DNA of 64,000 nt, from contig CAVVXT010000012.1 of assembly GCA_963752255.1 (NCBI GenBank), positions 1-64,000 of the forward strand. Reading direction: 5' to 3'. The position numbers and the translations under genes were made by a program. How positions within the stretch are numbered: the stretch's first letter is position 1; each line of letters opens with the position of its first letter. The notes beneath the pieces are model-generated. The model was not told where the DNA came from. It searched no databases and saw only the letters and a list, made by a program, of their open reading frames with translations. Of the stretch, positions 30,136 to 39,879 are shown piece by piece. This stretch comes from Nitrososphaeria archaeon (GTDB taxonomy: Archaea > Thermoproteota > Nitrososphaeria > JACIWG01).

Positions 30136-31197
30136 TTAATTGTACAACTTTTCAGAAATTTCTGTCGAAACCTTCTTCCAAGTGTAATCGTATTTTCTTT
30201 TACCTTCGTTAGGCTTTTCAATTATTTCCGATATATTCTTCCCAACCTCATTGGCATTATAACCATGCACGATTCTAACGTTGTAATCGGCAAAATTATA
30301 GCCCCATGGTTTCGAAACGACAACGGGTAATCCTATGCCAAGAGCTTCTGCGGTTACTATACTAAATGCCTCATATAAGGATAGATTTGCAAAGAGACTC
30401 GAATTGCACAAAAGTTTAAGATATCTTTTTCTGGGAAGAAAGTCATAATATTCAACTTGCAGTTGCAATCTTCTTGCCATTTCAAGGACGTTGGGAAGGT
30501 AGGCTCCATTTCCCACTATGCGAAAGGTAATCTTCTGTCCTAGTATCTGTTGGGCCTTTAAAATCGCTTTAGCTAACGTATGAACCTGCTTGTATTCTTC
30601 TATCCTACCGGCGTACATCACTGAAGGTGTTTCCGGCTGTTTCCATCTGTATAAGAAAGTATCATCTGAAATTCCATTTGGTATGATTATCGGTTCTGCC
30701 TGAAAATCTCTTCGAAGTAGTTTTGATTCGAACAATGATACAGCATGTATTTTATCGGCTAACTGGAGTGTTTTCCTTGCTAATGGTTTGTACAAATTCC
30801 ACATTAGACGGGTTTGGGAAGTACTTCCACCCTCATGATGGTGAGGTGAAACAATGAGCTTAGAGTCTAGGTGCAGGAGAGCATGGGAAAAGACGGTGAC
30901 AGGCACCGTGAGCGCCCCAATATTATGCACGTGAACGACGTCTGCATCTACTTTTCTCAGCACACCCATTAGTTCTGGTGACGGGAAAAAGTAATTGTTA
31001 GATGGTGCTACTCCAGCTATCCTAATAACTTCCACCCCATCGAATAAAATCCTTTGTTTAAGTGATCGATGGAGCCTTAAAGTCAGAACAGTTACATGAT
31101 TACCCGATAATGAAAGCTCCCGTGCCAAGTTTTCAATTACGTTTGAGAGTCCTCCACGGTATGGAGGAAACGAATGGCTGACTAAGAGAATTTTCAG
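30136..31197 (-). CDS. GT4 glycosyltransferase, apparent CTG start
   Basis: The frame extends beyond the track start to CTG-KILLVSHSFPPYRGGL, with an in-frame TAA three codons upstream; EAFSIVTAEA. Confidence 0.88.
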   Translation of the reverse strand: MKILLVSHSFPPYRGGLSNVIENLARELSLSGNHVTVLTLRLHRSLKQRILFDGVEVIRIAGVAPSNNYFFPSPELMGVLRKVDADVVHVHNIGALTVPVTVFSHALLHLDSKLIVSPHHHEGGSTSQTRLMWNLYKPLARKTLQLADKIHAVSLFESKLLRRDFQAEPIIIPNGISDDTFLYRWKQPETPSVMYAGRIEEYKQVHTLAKAILKAQQILGQKITFRIVGNGAYLPNVLEMARRLQLQVEYYDFLPRKRYLKLLCNSSLFANLSLYEAFSIVTAEALGIGLPVVVSKPWGYNFADYNVRIVHGYNANEVGKNISEIIEKPNEGKRKYDYTWKKVSTEISEKLYN

Positions 31198-31199
31198 AC

Positions 31200-32393
31200 C
31201 TAATTACCCACTACGGACTCATAGATCTTGATGGTCATTTCCGCAACTTTATCCCATGTGAATCTGTTTGCAAAGCGTCGCCCGTTTTGAGATAGCTTCG
31301 TTCTCAGATCTTGGTCGGAGATCAGGTTCTCTATGGCTTTTGACAAGGATTTCGGGTCACGTGGAGGTACAAGTAGCGCATCCACTCCGTTTCTAGGAAG
31401 TGAAGGGAAACCCAAAATGTTTGAGCTTATAACGCTGGTTTCTGCGACCATAGCTTCCAGCATAGAAATGGGACCCGCCTCATAGTCTGAAGACATGATA
31501 AAAATATCGGAAGCTCTATAATGAAGCTCAAGTTCATCGCGTGTGAGCCATCCCAAGAATTTTACTTTGTCATCGATCTTCAACTTTATCGCCAGATTAA
31601 CCAGGTTTGGTTTTAAGGGACCGTCTCCCCCTATCCTTACTTCAATCTTCTCTAAATACTCACCTTTGAGGAGTGACAATGCTTCAAGTAAAATATCGAG
31701 TTTCTTCCTTGCGATGTGCTGGCAAGAGGTAAAGAGCAGTATCTTATCTTCCTTGATGCCTAGGATTTCCTTGGCCTTTCCTTTAGAAATTGAAGAGTAC
31801 ATGTTCCTTGGATCAACACCGTTCATTATTGTCACAAGTTTACTTACTCCCAACCTGTACTTTCTCACGAGTTCGTTCCGAACATGCAATGCTGGAGTAA
31901 TTACTACCTTACTTGTGGCCAACGACGCGTATTCCATTAGGAAACCAAATGACGTATAGAAAACCATGCGTTCGATGTTTCTAAAGTGTGGGGAACCAGA
32001 TAATATTGATGCGACTTCCGAATAGCTGGTGTCGTGGATAGTTGTAATCTTATTCTGGGCCTTGATCAGCCCACCGACATAGGGCTCCTGGATGTGGACG
32101 ACATCGTAATTATTTCCTTCGATGATTCCTATTATTTTTCTGGTGAATGAAGCAATGTCATAAGGAATTAGAAGGTCGCGTGATATTGGTTGACCCTCCC
32201 GGCTTATCATGGAACTTTTTGGGTCAATAAAGGTTACTTTCCCATTAGATTTTCTTGAGTCCCCAAAGGAAACGACGTCGACGTTTACCCCAAGTTGTTC
32301 CAGTGAATTGACCAGGTTATACGTATGCGTGGCGACTCCACCAACGATAAATGGCGGATACTCTCTTCCGACGATTAGAACTCTAAGGCCCAT
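31200..32393 (-). CDS. GT4 glycosyltransferase
   Basis: EYPPFIVGGVATH and EAGPISMLEAM. Confidence 0.92.
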   Translation of the reverse strand: MGLRVLIVGREYPPFIVGGVATHTYNLVNSLEQLGVNVDVVSFGDSRKSNGKVTFIDPKSSMISREGQPISRDLLIPYDIASFTRKIIGIIEGNNYDVVHIQEPYVGGLIKAQNKITTIHDTSYSEVASILSGSPHFRNIERMVFYTSFGFLMEYASLATSKVVITPALHVRNELVRKYRLGVSKLVTIMNGVDPRNMYSSISKGKAKEILGIKEDKILLFTSCQHIARKKLDILLEALSLLKGEYLEKIEVRIGGDGPLKPNLVNLAIKLKIDDKVKFLGWLTRDELELHYRASDIFIMSSDYEAGPISMLEAMVAETSVISSNILGFPSLPRNGVDALLVPPRDPKSLSKAIENLISDQDLRTKLSQNGRRFANRFTWDKVAEMTIKIYESVVGN

Positions 32394-32417
32394 CTGACGT
32401 TCAATTGAAGTTGTTAG

Positions 32418-33355
32418 TTAATACAAGACTTGGTTGATGAGCGTATTTATGTTATTTTCGGGTTTAACCAAGAAAATTTGTGAAAGTTTCTGAAAGTTAC
32501 TGAAGGCTCTATTAGGTTTTGACGAAGCTGTAGTTATGGCGTATATGTTGTCTTCATATCTTTTCAGATCTTCTATTGCCTGGTCTAAACTTACAATGCC
32601 TGAAGCGAGAATGTTGATGGCTATGATTTTGCTTTTCCTACTTACCTCTTTAATCGCATTTTCAACCCCATCCTTACTTTCTGCCATTTGATAACCCACT
32701 CTGTTGATCGGTGTCACTGATATATTCTGGAAAGTGACCACTTTTTTTGAGAGAATTGGACAAAGAACTAAAATTCCTTGTCTCCAAACCGAATCCGACC
32801 TTGAATCTAGGTATTCATGTAACGTTCTAAGGGCTTTATTGAATCCATAAGGTCAAATGCTATAAAAAGTTCAGTTAACACTTCATGTAATAGAATACCC
32901 TTGATGTTTTTTCTAGGCAAGATTTCAAAGTAGGGGATAAGCTCCGATTCAAGAAAAAGGCCCGCTAACCTATCTAACTTTAGGGTTAAAAGTGATACGA
33001 GAGCGTCTGAAATAGACATTTTGCCGCTGAAGAATTCCCTTAACTTAGATTTGATAAGCGCTGGCGTGCCGTCAACGTTGCTTTTTCTAACGTATGATTG
33101 TGAATAAGGCACAAGGATATAGTAGTTCATCTTTCCCAGAAGTGCTTTATCAGAATCATGGAAGTATGTTAGAAGCTCCAGATTGCTTTCGTGGCTCGAA
33201 AAAGTGAACCCTGTCGCACCTCCTTTTAAGGCCGCTCTAACTACGTTAGCTTTATTCTCTAATTGACATTCTTTATCCTCCTCCTTAGCCTTTTCCTGAC
33301 ATAGATGACTGACTCCGATGAAAGCGTTATCCCCCAGTAAGAGTTCCCTGACCAT
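32418..33355 (-). CDS. Hypothetical protein coupled to the Gfo/Idh/MocA gene; two +1 frameshifts (~32811, ~32719)
   Basis: LLGDNAFIGVSH..LLHE, then FGLETRNF..PEYI, then VTPINRVGYQM..AINILASG, read across three frames. Confidence 0.7.
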
Positions 33356-34401
33356 TACATTTGAGCCTTCCGATACAGTTGGTCAACTAAATACATTGTT
33401 TCACGCACATTCTCCAAACTGGTCAGAGGCTCTTCTGATGAACAAATACTTTGTAGAAAATGCATGTTTTCTAGGGTAAACTCGGGATCGCCGAGGTTAA
33501 CTGGAGGCGTACTCTGATAGTAATTGGGCTTGTACAGCTCTAACTTATTTCTTTTTTCGGGATAGTTCGGTGTATATTCTACCCTAAGGTAATCTTCAGT
33601 AACCTCCAAAGTTCCCTTAGAACCCCTGATCATGATATAAGTTAAAGGCACCCTATGTTCAGGGCTTGACCATGTTGTCTCAACAAAAACATCGGCTCCT
33701 TTAGCAGTCTTCATGGTAAATTCAAAATAGTCATCTACATTTGTAAAAATCTTTCTGAAGCTAGATGATTTTACCGCGTCTATTTTTAATATCCAATTAA
33801 GGAGGTCTACTAGATGTATCCCTAAATCAAGCAACACACCCCTACCAATATTGTCGAATCTATCCGTAGGTGTTAATATGTCACTTGACTTTATGTAAGA
33901 AGATACATTTTCTATCTTGCCAATTTCACCTTCTGAAATTATATTTTTTGCGTGCCTAAATGGTAGCGCAAACCTCTTCTGGAACCCTACCATAACCCTT
34001 TTGCTTGATCCTTTCTTGTTAATCAGAATCCCAAGTTGTCGTGAGTCTACTGTTGGCGGCTTTTCTACAAATATGTTTTCAACTTGAGACTCAAGCAGTC
34101 TAGAAACAATGTTATAATGTGAACCAGCTGGTGTAGTCACGTAAACCGTATCAGGATTAATTTTTCGCAGCATTTCATCCAAATCTCTATAAAATTTGGT
34201 ACACTTGATGATCTTTGACGCGCCAAAGGTAAGTAGACGCCCTTTGTCAACGACGGCTTTGACACTTCCGGGCTTGAGCAGGTTAAGAATTCCACTGTGT
34301 AATGCACCCATCTTTCCAAAACCTACAATGGAGATGTTGAAATCCTGATTCATGTAACTTTTCCAATTCTCAACTTCTTTGAGAATTTTTTCTGTAGACA
34401 T
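33355..34401 (-). CDS. Gfo/Idh/MocA-family oxidoreductase
   Basis: VGFGKMG, VEKP, GFQKRF and GVLLDLGIH. Confidence 0.92.
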   Translation of the reverse strand: MSTEKILKEVENWKSYMNQDFNISIVGFGKMGALHSGILNLLKPGSVKAVVDKGRLLTFGASKIIKCTKFYRDLDEMLRKINPDTVYVTTPAGSHYNIVSRLLESQVENIFVEKPPTVDSRQLGILINKKGSSKRVMVGFQKRFALPFRHAKNIISEGEIGKIENVSSYIKSSDILTPTDRFDNIGRGVLLDLGIHLVDLLNWILKIDAVKSSSFRKIFTNVDDYFEFTMKTAKGADVFVETTWSSPEHRVPLTYIMIRGSKGTLEVTEDYLRVEYTPNYPEKRNKLELYKPNYYQSTPPVNLGDPEFTLENMHFLQSICSSEEPLTSLENVRETMYLVDQLYRKAQM

Positions 34402-34420
34402 AAAGTAACACGATATGGAT

Positions 34421-35353
34421 TTACTGAACGTTATGATTGTTGTTATTCGTAACCTTGTTCAGTCTTTCGATCATCCTGTATTCCATCCTTTTTATGTATA
34501 GTGCCATAATAGATAGTAGTAGTGATATCATTCCTACGCCACCTATCGTAACCCCCATTATTGCCCAGACGAAGTGATTCACTCCCATAAATAGTAAAGA
34601 AATAGTAACATATGAAAGTATTATTGCCGCGGGAAAGAGGAAAAATGAACCTGCGGCTAGTATTACGAACGTCGGATTATATCTTAAGGCAAGCCTTATT
34701 ATATCCCTAAGTATAGTCAGTCCTTGAGTTTTACGTAGCTTTGCTTTTCCAAGTCTGGATCTATAGTTGGCGTTTACATCTTTAATCTTTCTAGATGTAG
34801 TCGCCACAAGAGCGGCCATTTCTACTTCCAGACTAAAGCCTCTGAGCTCAAACCAGAGATCTTTCCCGACATCGGTTTTAAGCAGGTACATACCTGATAA
34901 AACGTCTTTCAATCCGGTTCCGAAAAGTAAGTTAAAGAAACCAGTTATCAACCTATTACCTAGCCTGTTTAACAAGGGCATATTCTTTTTGCCTTCAGTT
35001 CTCGCTGCTATGACTTCATCATTATTCTCTGCAATTTTGATCATATTTTCTACGTCATTAGGATCATATGTATTGTCTCCGTCCATAACCAAAACGTACT
35101 TGGTATCTATGAGTTGAAGAACCGATTTTATCGCATCCGCTTTACCCTTTCCGTCTTGAACTACGACTTCAACACCTTTCAAGCGCGTTATCTCAAGTGT
35201 TCCGTCTGTGGAATGGCCATCTACGACTAACATCTTTGTAAAGCCGCATTGTTTAAGTTCGTCAATCACATTGCCTATCGCTAAAGCCTCATTTAGAGTG
35301 GGTATGACGACCGTTATTTCATCCTTTGACGGCGTTCGATGGTTTTGGATCAT
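34421..35353 (-). CDS. GT2, polyprenol-phosphate-sugar synthase-like (DPM1/AglJ type) with 2 C-terminal TM helices
   Basis: VIPTLNE, VDGHSTDGT, GKGKA, MDGDNTY and DVLSG. Confidence 0.88.
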   Translation of the reverse strand: MIQNHRTPSKDEITVVIPTLNEALAIGNVIDELKQCGFTKMLVVDGHSTDGTLEITRLKGVEVVVQDGKGKADAIKSVLQLIDTKYVLVMDGDNTYDPNDVENMIKIAENNDEVIAARTEGKKNMPLLNRLGNRLITGFFNLLFGTGLKDVLSGMYLLKTDVGKDLWFELRGFSLEVEMAALVATTSRKIKDVNANYRSRLGKAKLRKTQGLTILRDIIRLALRYNPTFVILAAGSFFLFPAAIILSYVTISLLFMGVNHFVWAIMGVTIGGVGMISLLLSIMALYIKRMEYRMIERLNKVTNNNNHNVQ

Positions 35354-35381
35354 GATTTATGACTTTACAAACATTTTTTCT

Positions 35382-35984
35382 TTAGGACCGCAGGGAAGCG
35401 AATTTTCTCTTTAATGCTCCTAAACCTAAGCATATACTCAAAAAGGAGAGTGAAAGTAAGACAGAATATAGTCTTACGCCGAAGGGGGTATAGCTCAGTA
35501 CGAGCGCTATTAGCGGTATAATTGTCAGCGATATTCCCATAGATAACGCTACTCTCTCAATTTGCGATAGCTCTTCTTTTTTATGATATAGGATTTCAAT
35601 CAACGTCGAACCTGGAATGTATAGTACGAAGATGGAGCCGAGTAAATATCGTATGTAGACGAATGGTCCAAGAGGCACATAAACTGACATGATTGTAGAT
35701 GCGACCAATACCGACAGAGCCCAAAACCAAGCAGAATATGAGCTGAACAGGTAGGATCTCAAGGTTGACGGAGGGCTAGGGTCATAAAGATGAATTAGCC
35801 CTTCTTGATTTAACGTATAGATCTTCTTAACTATCTCGTGCCTTTTGATTTTCGTTGAATCGGAGAGAACCTTTATAGCTTCGCTTAACTTTGATCCTTC
35901 ATTTTTTCTGAAGAACTCTAAAACCTCGTTTGAACTTTCTGATTCTAAGCTGAAGCCGTTATGTTCAACCAAAGTTGGTTCCAT
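35382..35984 (-). CDS. DUF1616-like membrane protein with an N-terminal soluble part
   Basis: RYLLGSIFVLYIPG...ELSQIERVALSMGISL...YTPFG. Confidence 0.75.
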   Translation of the reverse strand: MEPTLVEHNGFSLESESSNEVLEFFRKNEGSKLSEAIKVLSDSTKIKRHEIVKKIYTLNQEGLIHLYDPSPPSTLRSYLFSSYSAWFWALSVLVASTIMSVYVPLGPFVYIRYLLGSIFVLYIPGSTLIEILYHKKEELSQIERVALSMGISLTIIPLIALVLSYTPFGVRLYSVLLSLSFLSICLGLGALKRKFASLRS

Positions 35985-36424
35985 TTTCCGCTATATTGTA
36001 CTCCTTCTTTTTCCAAAGTCCACATCTCAAAAATTATTTTTGCATCAGTCACGGGTTTAGAAAAGGTTAATTTTATTGTTAAAGTAGTGTTTTGCTCTCT
36101 TGGAAGGATAATTTCGTAAGAAGAAATTATGGGGGCATTCGCAGGCTGAGTAGCATTGACGATCGTATTAGAGCTTCCGAGTTTGACGTATACGATATAG
36201 TAGGTGGTCTGTGCTTCATAGTTGGCGACGTAAAGGTAGAGGTTGAGGGTTTCGTTGACCTGCAAACTGTTTGGGTAGTAACCTATCTTCATCTCAGGCC
36301 CAAGAATTGCAATTTCTGAAAATGGTTCACTGACCCTTTCACCTAATATTGGAGAAGAGACTGCAAATATGCCTCCTACAACTATGAGAGCTAGCACTAG
36401 GGCTGTCACCTCATCGTCAATCAA
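35945..36424 (-). CDS. DUF1616-like membrane-anchored extracellular domain
   Basis: One TM helix, then EPFSEIAILGP..KIGYYP...NYE...FEMW...LWLNI. Confidence 0.75.
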   Translation of the reverse strand: MIDDEVTALVLALIVVGGIFAVSSPILGERVSEPFSEIAILGPEMKIGYYPNSLQVNETLNLYLYVANYEAQTTYYIVYVKLGSSNTIVNATQPANAPIISSYEIILPREQNTTLTIKLTFSKPVTDAKIIFEMWTLEKEGVQYSGKWNQLWLNITASA

Positions 36425-36891
36425 CTAGGTCTCACCCTCCAATTTGCTCGGTATTTCGCCCAACTACTCCACAATATTCTTGGCAGGTAGAGGTAAACGA
36501 ACGCACATGCAACCGCAATAAATGCTATCGTCGAAACAAGCCAAACGTCTGTCGAGAGCGTCCTGCTCTCACCTTCCTTTATCAGGGAGGGTATCGAACT
36601 GTTTACGTTGTCAATTATTGATGAAGCCTGGGGTAGGAGAGGGCTGTCCGAGCTGTTTCCTTCCGCTTGATCGATAAGCTGCAAAGCCATGTTAAGTTCC
36701 TGAGCTGGAAGGGTCACGTTTGCGCCCATTCTTTCCGCATCCTGGAGCCTAAAAAATGTGGACTTTACGTAATCCTTTAGTTTTAAAGCTTCTGTTGAAT
36801 CATCCGTTTGGGCCTCCGTTCTAAATGACGAGAAAAAGGTATTTGAAAATAGAACTATGATCAATAAGAATACAAACAGCCTGCTTCTCAT
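36421..36891 (-). CDS. Hypothetical protein: signal peptide, helical domain, C-terminal TM helix
   Basis: 156 aa with AERMGANV; ATGA overlap with the next gene. Confidence 0.7.
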   Translation of the reverse strand: MRSRLFVFLLIIVLFSNTFFSSFRTEAQTDDSTEALKLKDYVKSTFFRLQDAERMGANVTLPAQELNMALQLIDQAEGNSSDSPLLPQASSIIDNVNSSIPSLIKEGESRTLSTDVWLVSTIAFIAVACAFVYLYLPRILWSSWAKYRANWRVRPS

Positions 36892-36931
36892 TTAAGTCAT
36901 TAACTAAATTTTTTTGCTTTGATTATCTGTT

Positions 36932-37885
36932 CTAGAACCGTAGGGCCAGCAGGTATAATGTCACGTTACTTAGACCGTGAGCTAGCACTGGGGATATGAG
37001 ACTGTTCGTCTTTATCATCAGATAACCAAATACGGAGGAAACGAGGAAAACGGATAGGATTTCAAACGGATTAGACCACCCAATCTGGAACAAGGAAAAA
37101 ATTATTGACGTAAGGTAGATCGACTGACCTTGTGTAAGAAATCCTGTCATATGAGTCTGAATTATACCCCTGAACAATAATTCTTCAGTAAGGCCGACAA
37201 AGATGATCATGAAGATTGCGACGTAAACTATGTTCTGAAGAAGGTTTGGTCCTATGCTGTTAGTCTTCGGATTTAAAACCAAATACTGGAAGAGCCCTAA
37301 CAATAACCCTGAGGCGATTCCTGCAAGCACCTGCCAGCTTAACTTGGTTGTACCCCTCCATAGTCCAACCTTATCTAATGATATCCTCCTGAACCATAAA
37401 TACAGTATTATGTCAGTAACCAGTATAGTATATGCTATGGGGAGAATTAGAGCCGACTCCAGTACTTGGACTGGAAATGGAAAAAGGACTATCTTGACGG
37501 CAAAGAGAATGCCGCTCGCTTCGAGGACGATTCTGACATCTTCCCCTTTATTTCTCAATAATGCGCCGAAGAGTGGAAGAACAAGAAAGCCGCCGAAGGC
37601 TAACATGATACCATATAGGGCGTAGGCACCGCTCAAAAGGAATCCGTCGACGAAAGCGAGAACCATTACGATGTATGCGACCGATAAAATCCTGATCCTT
37701 CTAAACTCGATGATGTATGATACAAACAGTCCGGTTGACACAAAAATAAGGTTAAAGAAAAAAAGGCTGTAAGGATATTTAAAGTAGAAGAACAGTCCTA
37801 AATAGGATAATAAAGCCGCTATGGTAGACAGTGAGGCTGCTGTAATTATATCGTATGGAAATTCCAATGTGCTGCTAAACTTCAA
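36932..37885 (-). CDS. CPBP/Abi (CAAX-protease-like) intramembrane protease
   Basis: EELLFRG and AHGLSN motifs; the FxxxH motif reads FSLFQ. Confidence 0.85.
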   Translation of the reverse strand: MKFSSTLEFPYDIITAASLSTIAALLSYLGLFFYFKYPYSLFFFNLIFVSTGLFVSYIIEFRRIRILSVAYIVMVLAFVDGFLLSGAYALYGIMLAFGGFLVLPLFGALLRNKGEDVRIVLEASGILFAVKIVLFPFPVQVLESALILPIAYTILVTDIILYLWFRRISLDKVGLWRGTTKLSWQVLAGIASGLLLGLFQYLVLNPKTNSIGPNLLQNIVYVAIFMIIFVGLTEELLFRGIIQTHMTGFLTQGQSIYLTSIIFSLFQIGWSNPFEILSVFLVSSVFGYLMIKTNSLISPVLAHGLSNVTLYLLALRF

Positions 37886-37911
37886 TTTTCTTACTTATCC
37901 ATTTTACATTG

Positions 37912-38295
37912 TTAGGCCATAAGGTTTAGAATTCCAAATAGGACTATAAAAGTAAAAAGAATTACAAGTATTGAAGCAGGCGTCATCCAACTTTTTCTAA
38001 ATTCCTCTATAATTTTCCTACTTGGACCATACGACGGATCAGCTAATTCAACGTAAATAACCGTAGCTAGCGTGAGAATGGTTATGACTAGACTGCTCTG
38101 GAAAAATGTATTTCCAAATATTGCTGTCAACTGGGACTGATCTAATGTCGTTGTATTAAAAACCATCGTGCCAAGAAAGTTTGTGCTAATCACCGTGGAT
38201 AAGCCGTAAAGGTTGGAGTTTACCCTAAGTAATCCTATTAAAGCCACTAGAAGGATGTAAATGCCTATGATGATCTGTGGCCGGCGGTCTCTCAT
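37912..38295 (-). CDS. Small membrane protein (about 3 TM helices)
   Basis: 127-aa ORF with hydrophobic segments. Confidence 0.7.
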   Translation of the reverse strand: MRDRRPQIIIGIYILLVALIGLLRVNSNLYGLSTVISTNFLGTMVFNTTTLDQSQLTAIFGNTFFQSSLVITILTLATVIYVELADPSYGPSRKIIEEFRKSWMTPASILVILFTFIVLFGILNLMA

Positions 38296-38390
38296 TAAAA
38301 ACGCAATTTGATGTTCATGTTTTTAACATTACTCTAGAACTGTGTTCTTAACTTTTACCGTTTATTATCCAGAGAATGTTTCTATTTGCT

Positions 38391-38660
38391 CTATGGTGTT
38401 GCAGATCCTGCTTCTTCATCTTTTACAGTTTTCATCTCTTTTTCTATTTCCTTTTCTATTTCCTCGATCGGCTTAGGTGGAGGTGTTGTCGCAAGCGTGT
38501 ACCCTATCCATCCGACTACGACTAGACCTGCCGCAATGATTAGGAAGACGGTAATCTGAAGCACTATTGTTGAAAATGAGTACATCAGGAATCCGTAAAC
38601 AATTATCCCAATAATGCTTACTATAAGAAGAAGTGCCCCGATCAACTGATCTTTATTCAT
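38391..38660 (-). CDS. Small two-TM archaeal protein with a charged tail
   Basis: WIGYTLATTPPPKPIEEIEKE, a motif I recognise from TACK archaea; function unknown. Confidence 0.8.
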   Translation of the reverse strand: MNKDQLIGALLLIVSIIGIIVYGFLMYSFSTIVLQITVFLIIAAGLVVVGWIGYTLATTPPPKPIEEIEKEIEKEMKTVKDEEAGSATP

Positions 38661-38670
38661 CTTCTATCAC

Positions 38671-39081
38671 CTATTTTGTATACGTGTAAGGGTTTATAAC
38701 AGTACCCCAATATATAGCAAAGCTCCTGTCGCTTGACCATAAAGCAGCCTCCATGTAGCCGCAACTAACGGCGTATTTTGCTAATCTATACGCTGATTTT
38801 ATGCCAAGTAGGTAATTTCTGTACGCAAAGGAAGTAAGTTCGGTTATTTCCTTGACTATTCTTGTTATGGCACGAAGTAGCTCCATGCTCCTGAACCTTA
38901 TCTCTAGCTTGGAGCTGAGTAGGAGCAGACTCCTGTCCATCTTTTCTAACTTTCTCCACGCACCAGACCTTCTCGCCTTGATTATTATTTTAGCGAGGTC
39001 AGCCCTTATCCTTCCGCTGGTGTTGAGGAGAATTCCATTATTTTCTCTCATGATTTCATATTTACTTTTGAACCCTTGCAT
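38671..39081 (-). CDS. Uncharacterised basic protein heading locus B (paralog of 60445-60867)
   Basis: KARRSGAWRKL...YAVSCGYMEAALW...YWG; 61/115 identities with 60445-60867 by manual alignment. Confidence 0.85.
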   Translation of the reverse strand: MQGFKSKYEIMRENNGILLNTSGRIRADLAKIIIKARRSGAWRKLEKMDRSLLLLSSKLEIRFRSMELLRAITRIVKEITELTSFAYRNYLLGIKSAYRLAKYAVSCGYMEAALWSSDRSFAIYWGTVINPYTYTK

Positions 39082-39106
39082 ACAATCTTAATGGCTGTCC
39101 CAAAAT

Positions 39107-39122
39107 GGTAAATAAGTTCTTG
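39107..39122 (-). promoter_or_regulatory. Putative BRE/TATA box of locus B (leaderless geometry)
   Basis: caAGAACTTATTTAcc on the minus strand, about 28-35 nt upstream of ATG 39081. Confidence 0.4.
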
Positions 39123-39278
39123 CTTGTATCTCAATGGGATATTTGGTCTATTTTGATGTGAATATCATATTTTTAGTTTACATTAAGAGATAAAACACAT
39201 AGAAAAAAGACAGTTATGGGACACATTTCCAGCGGTTCCAGGCACTTTTTAGAGCGTTTAACCTATAAATTGTATACC

Positions 39279-39460
39279 TGGGTTGTCAACATTCCAAGGG
39301 AGTTCTATGACTTTGAAGACTTCGATAGCGGGAAGTGGGACAACTGCCACCTTATCCTCCCAAAAAACGGCGAAGTGCTATCAGGTGCAAGAAGGGAGTG
39401 GCAGTACGACAAGATTGTAAAGAAGATCGAAAGGGATGAAGTGAAGAAAGAAAATGTTAA
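39279..39460 (+). pseudogene. Internal fragment of archaeal asparagine synthetase A (AsnRS/AspRS-derived)
   Basis: WVVNIPREFYDFED...DN.HLILPKNGEVLSGARREWQYDKI resembles the class II aaRS-like AsnA segment; only about 60 codons are present. Confidence 0.65.
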
Positions 39461-39879
39461 AATTATATAATCTTAACTGCTAACCCAAAATGTTCAGATG
39501 GGTGTGTTTGGCCTTCTATGTCGGGGACGTTTCGGGCATGAAATTAGGAAACCATACTAACCTCTATGACTTATTTCAAACAGGTTTTTATCAATTTGTT
39601 TGACGGCACCATCTCTTTTCTTAACATCAGAGCCGAACAGGAGTCCTTCGATAAATGGCAGGCTGAAGGCCACATATAGAGCCGTCCCTTACCTAGAGCC
39701 AATATATTTGGATGCGCATAGGAAACTTTTGGGTTATATCTTGTTACTGAACCTATAGTGCTGATAGGTATGCGACCATATAATAGGGGATAATGATGGT
39801 GCCCTTTGATTTGCTATAACCGACGCCACAATAAAGAAGCTAGTTTCTGTGCTTTGTGGGGCTGCGTATGTGCTTCGTG

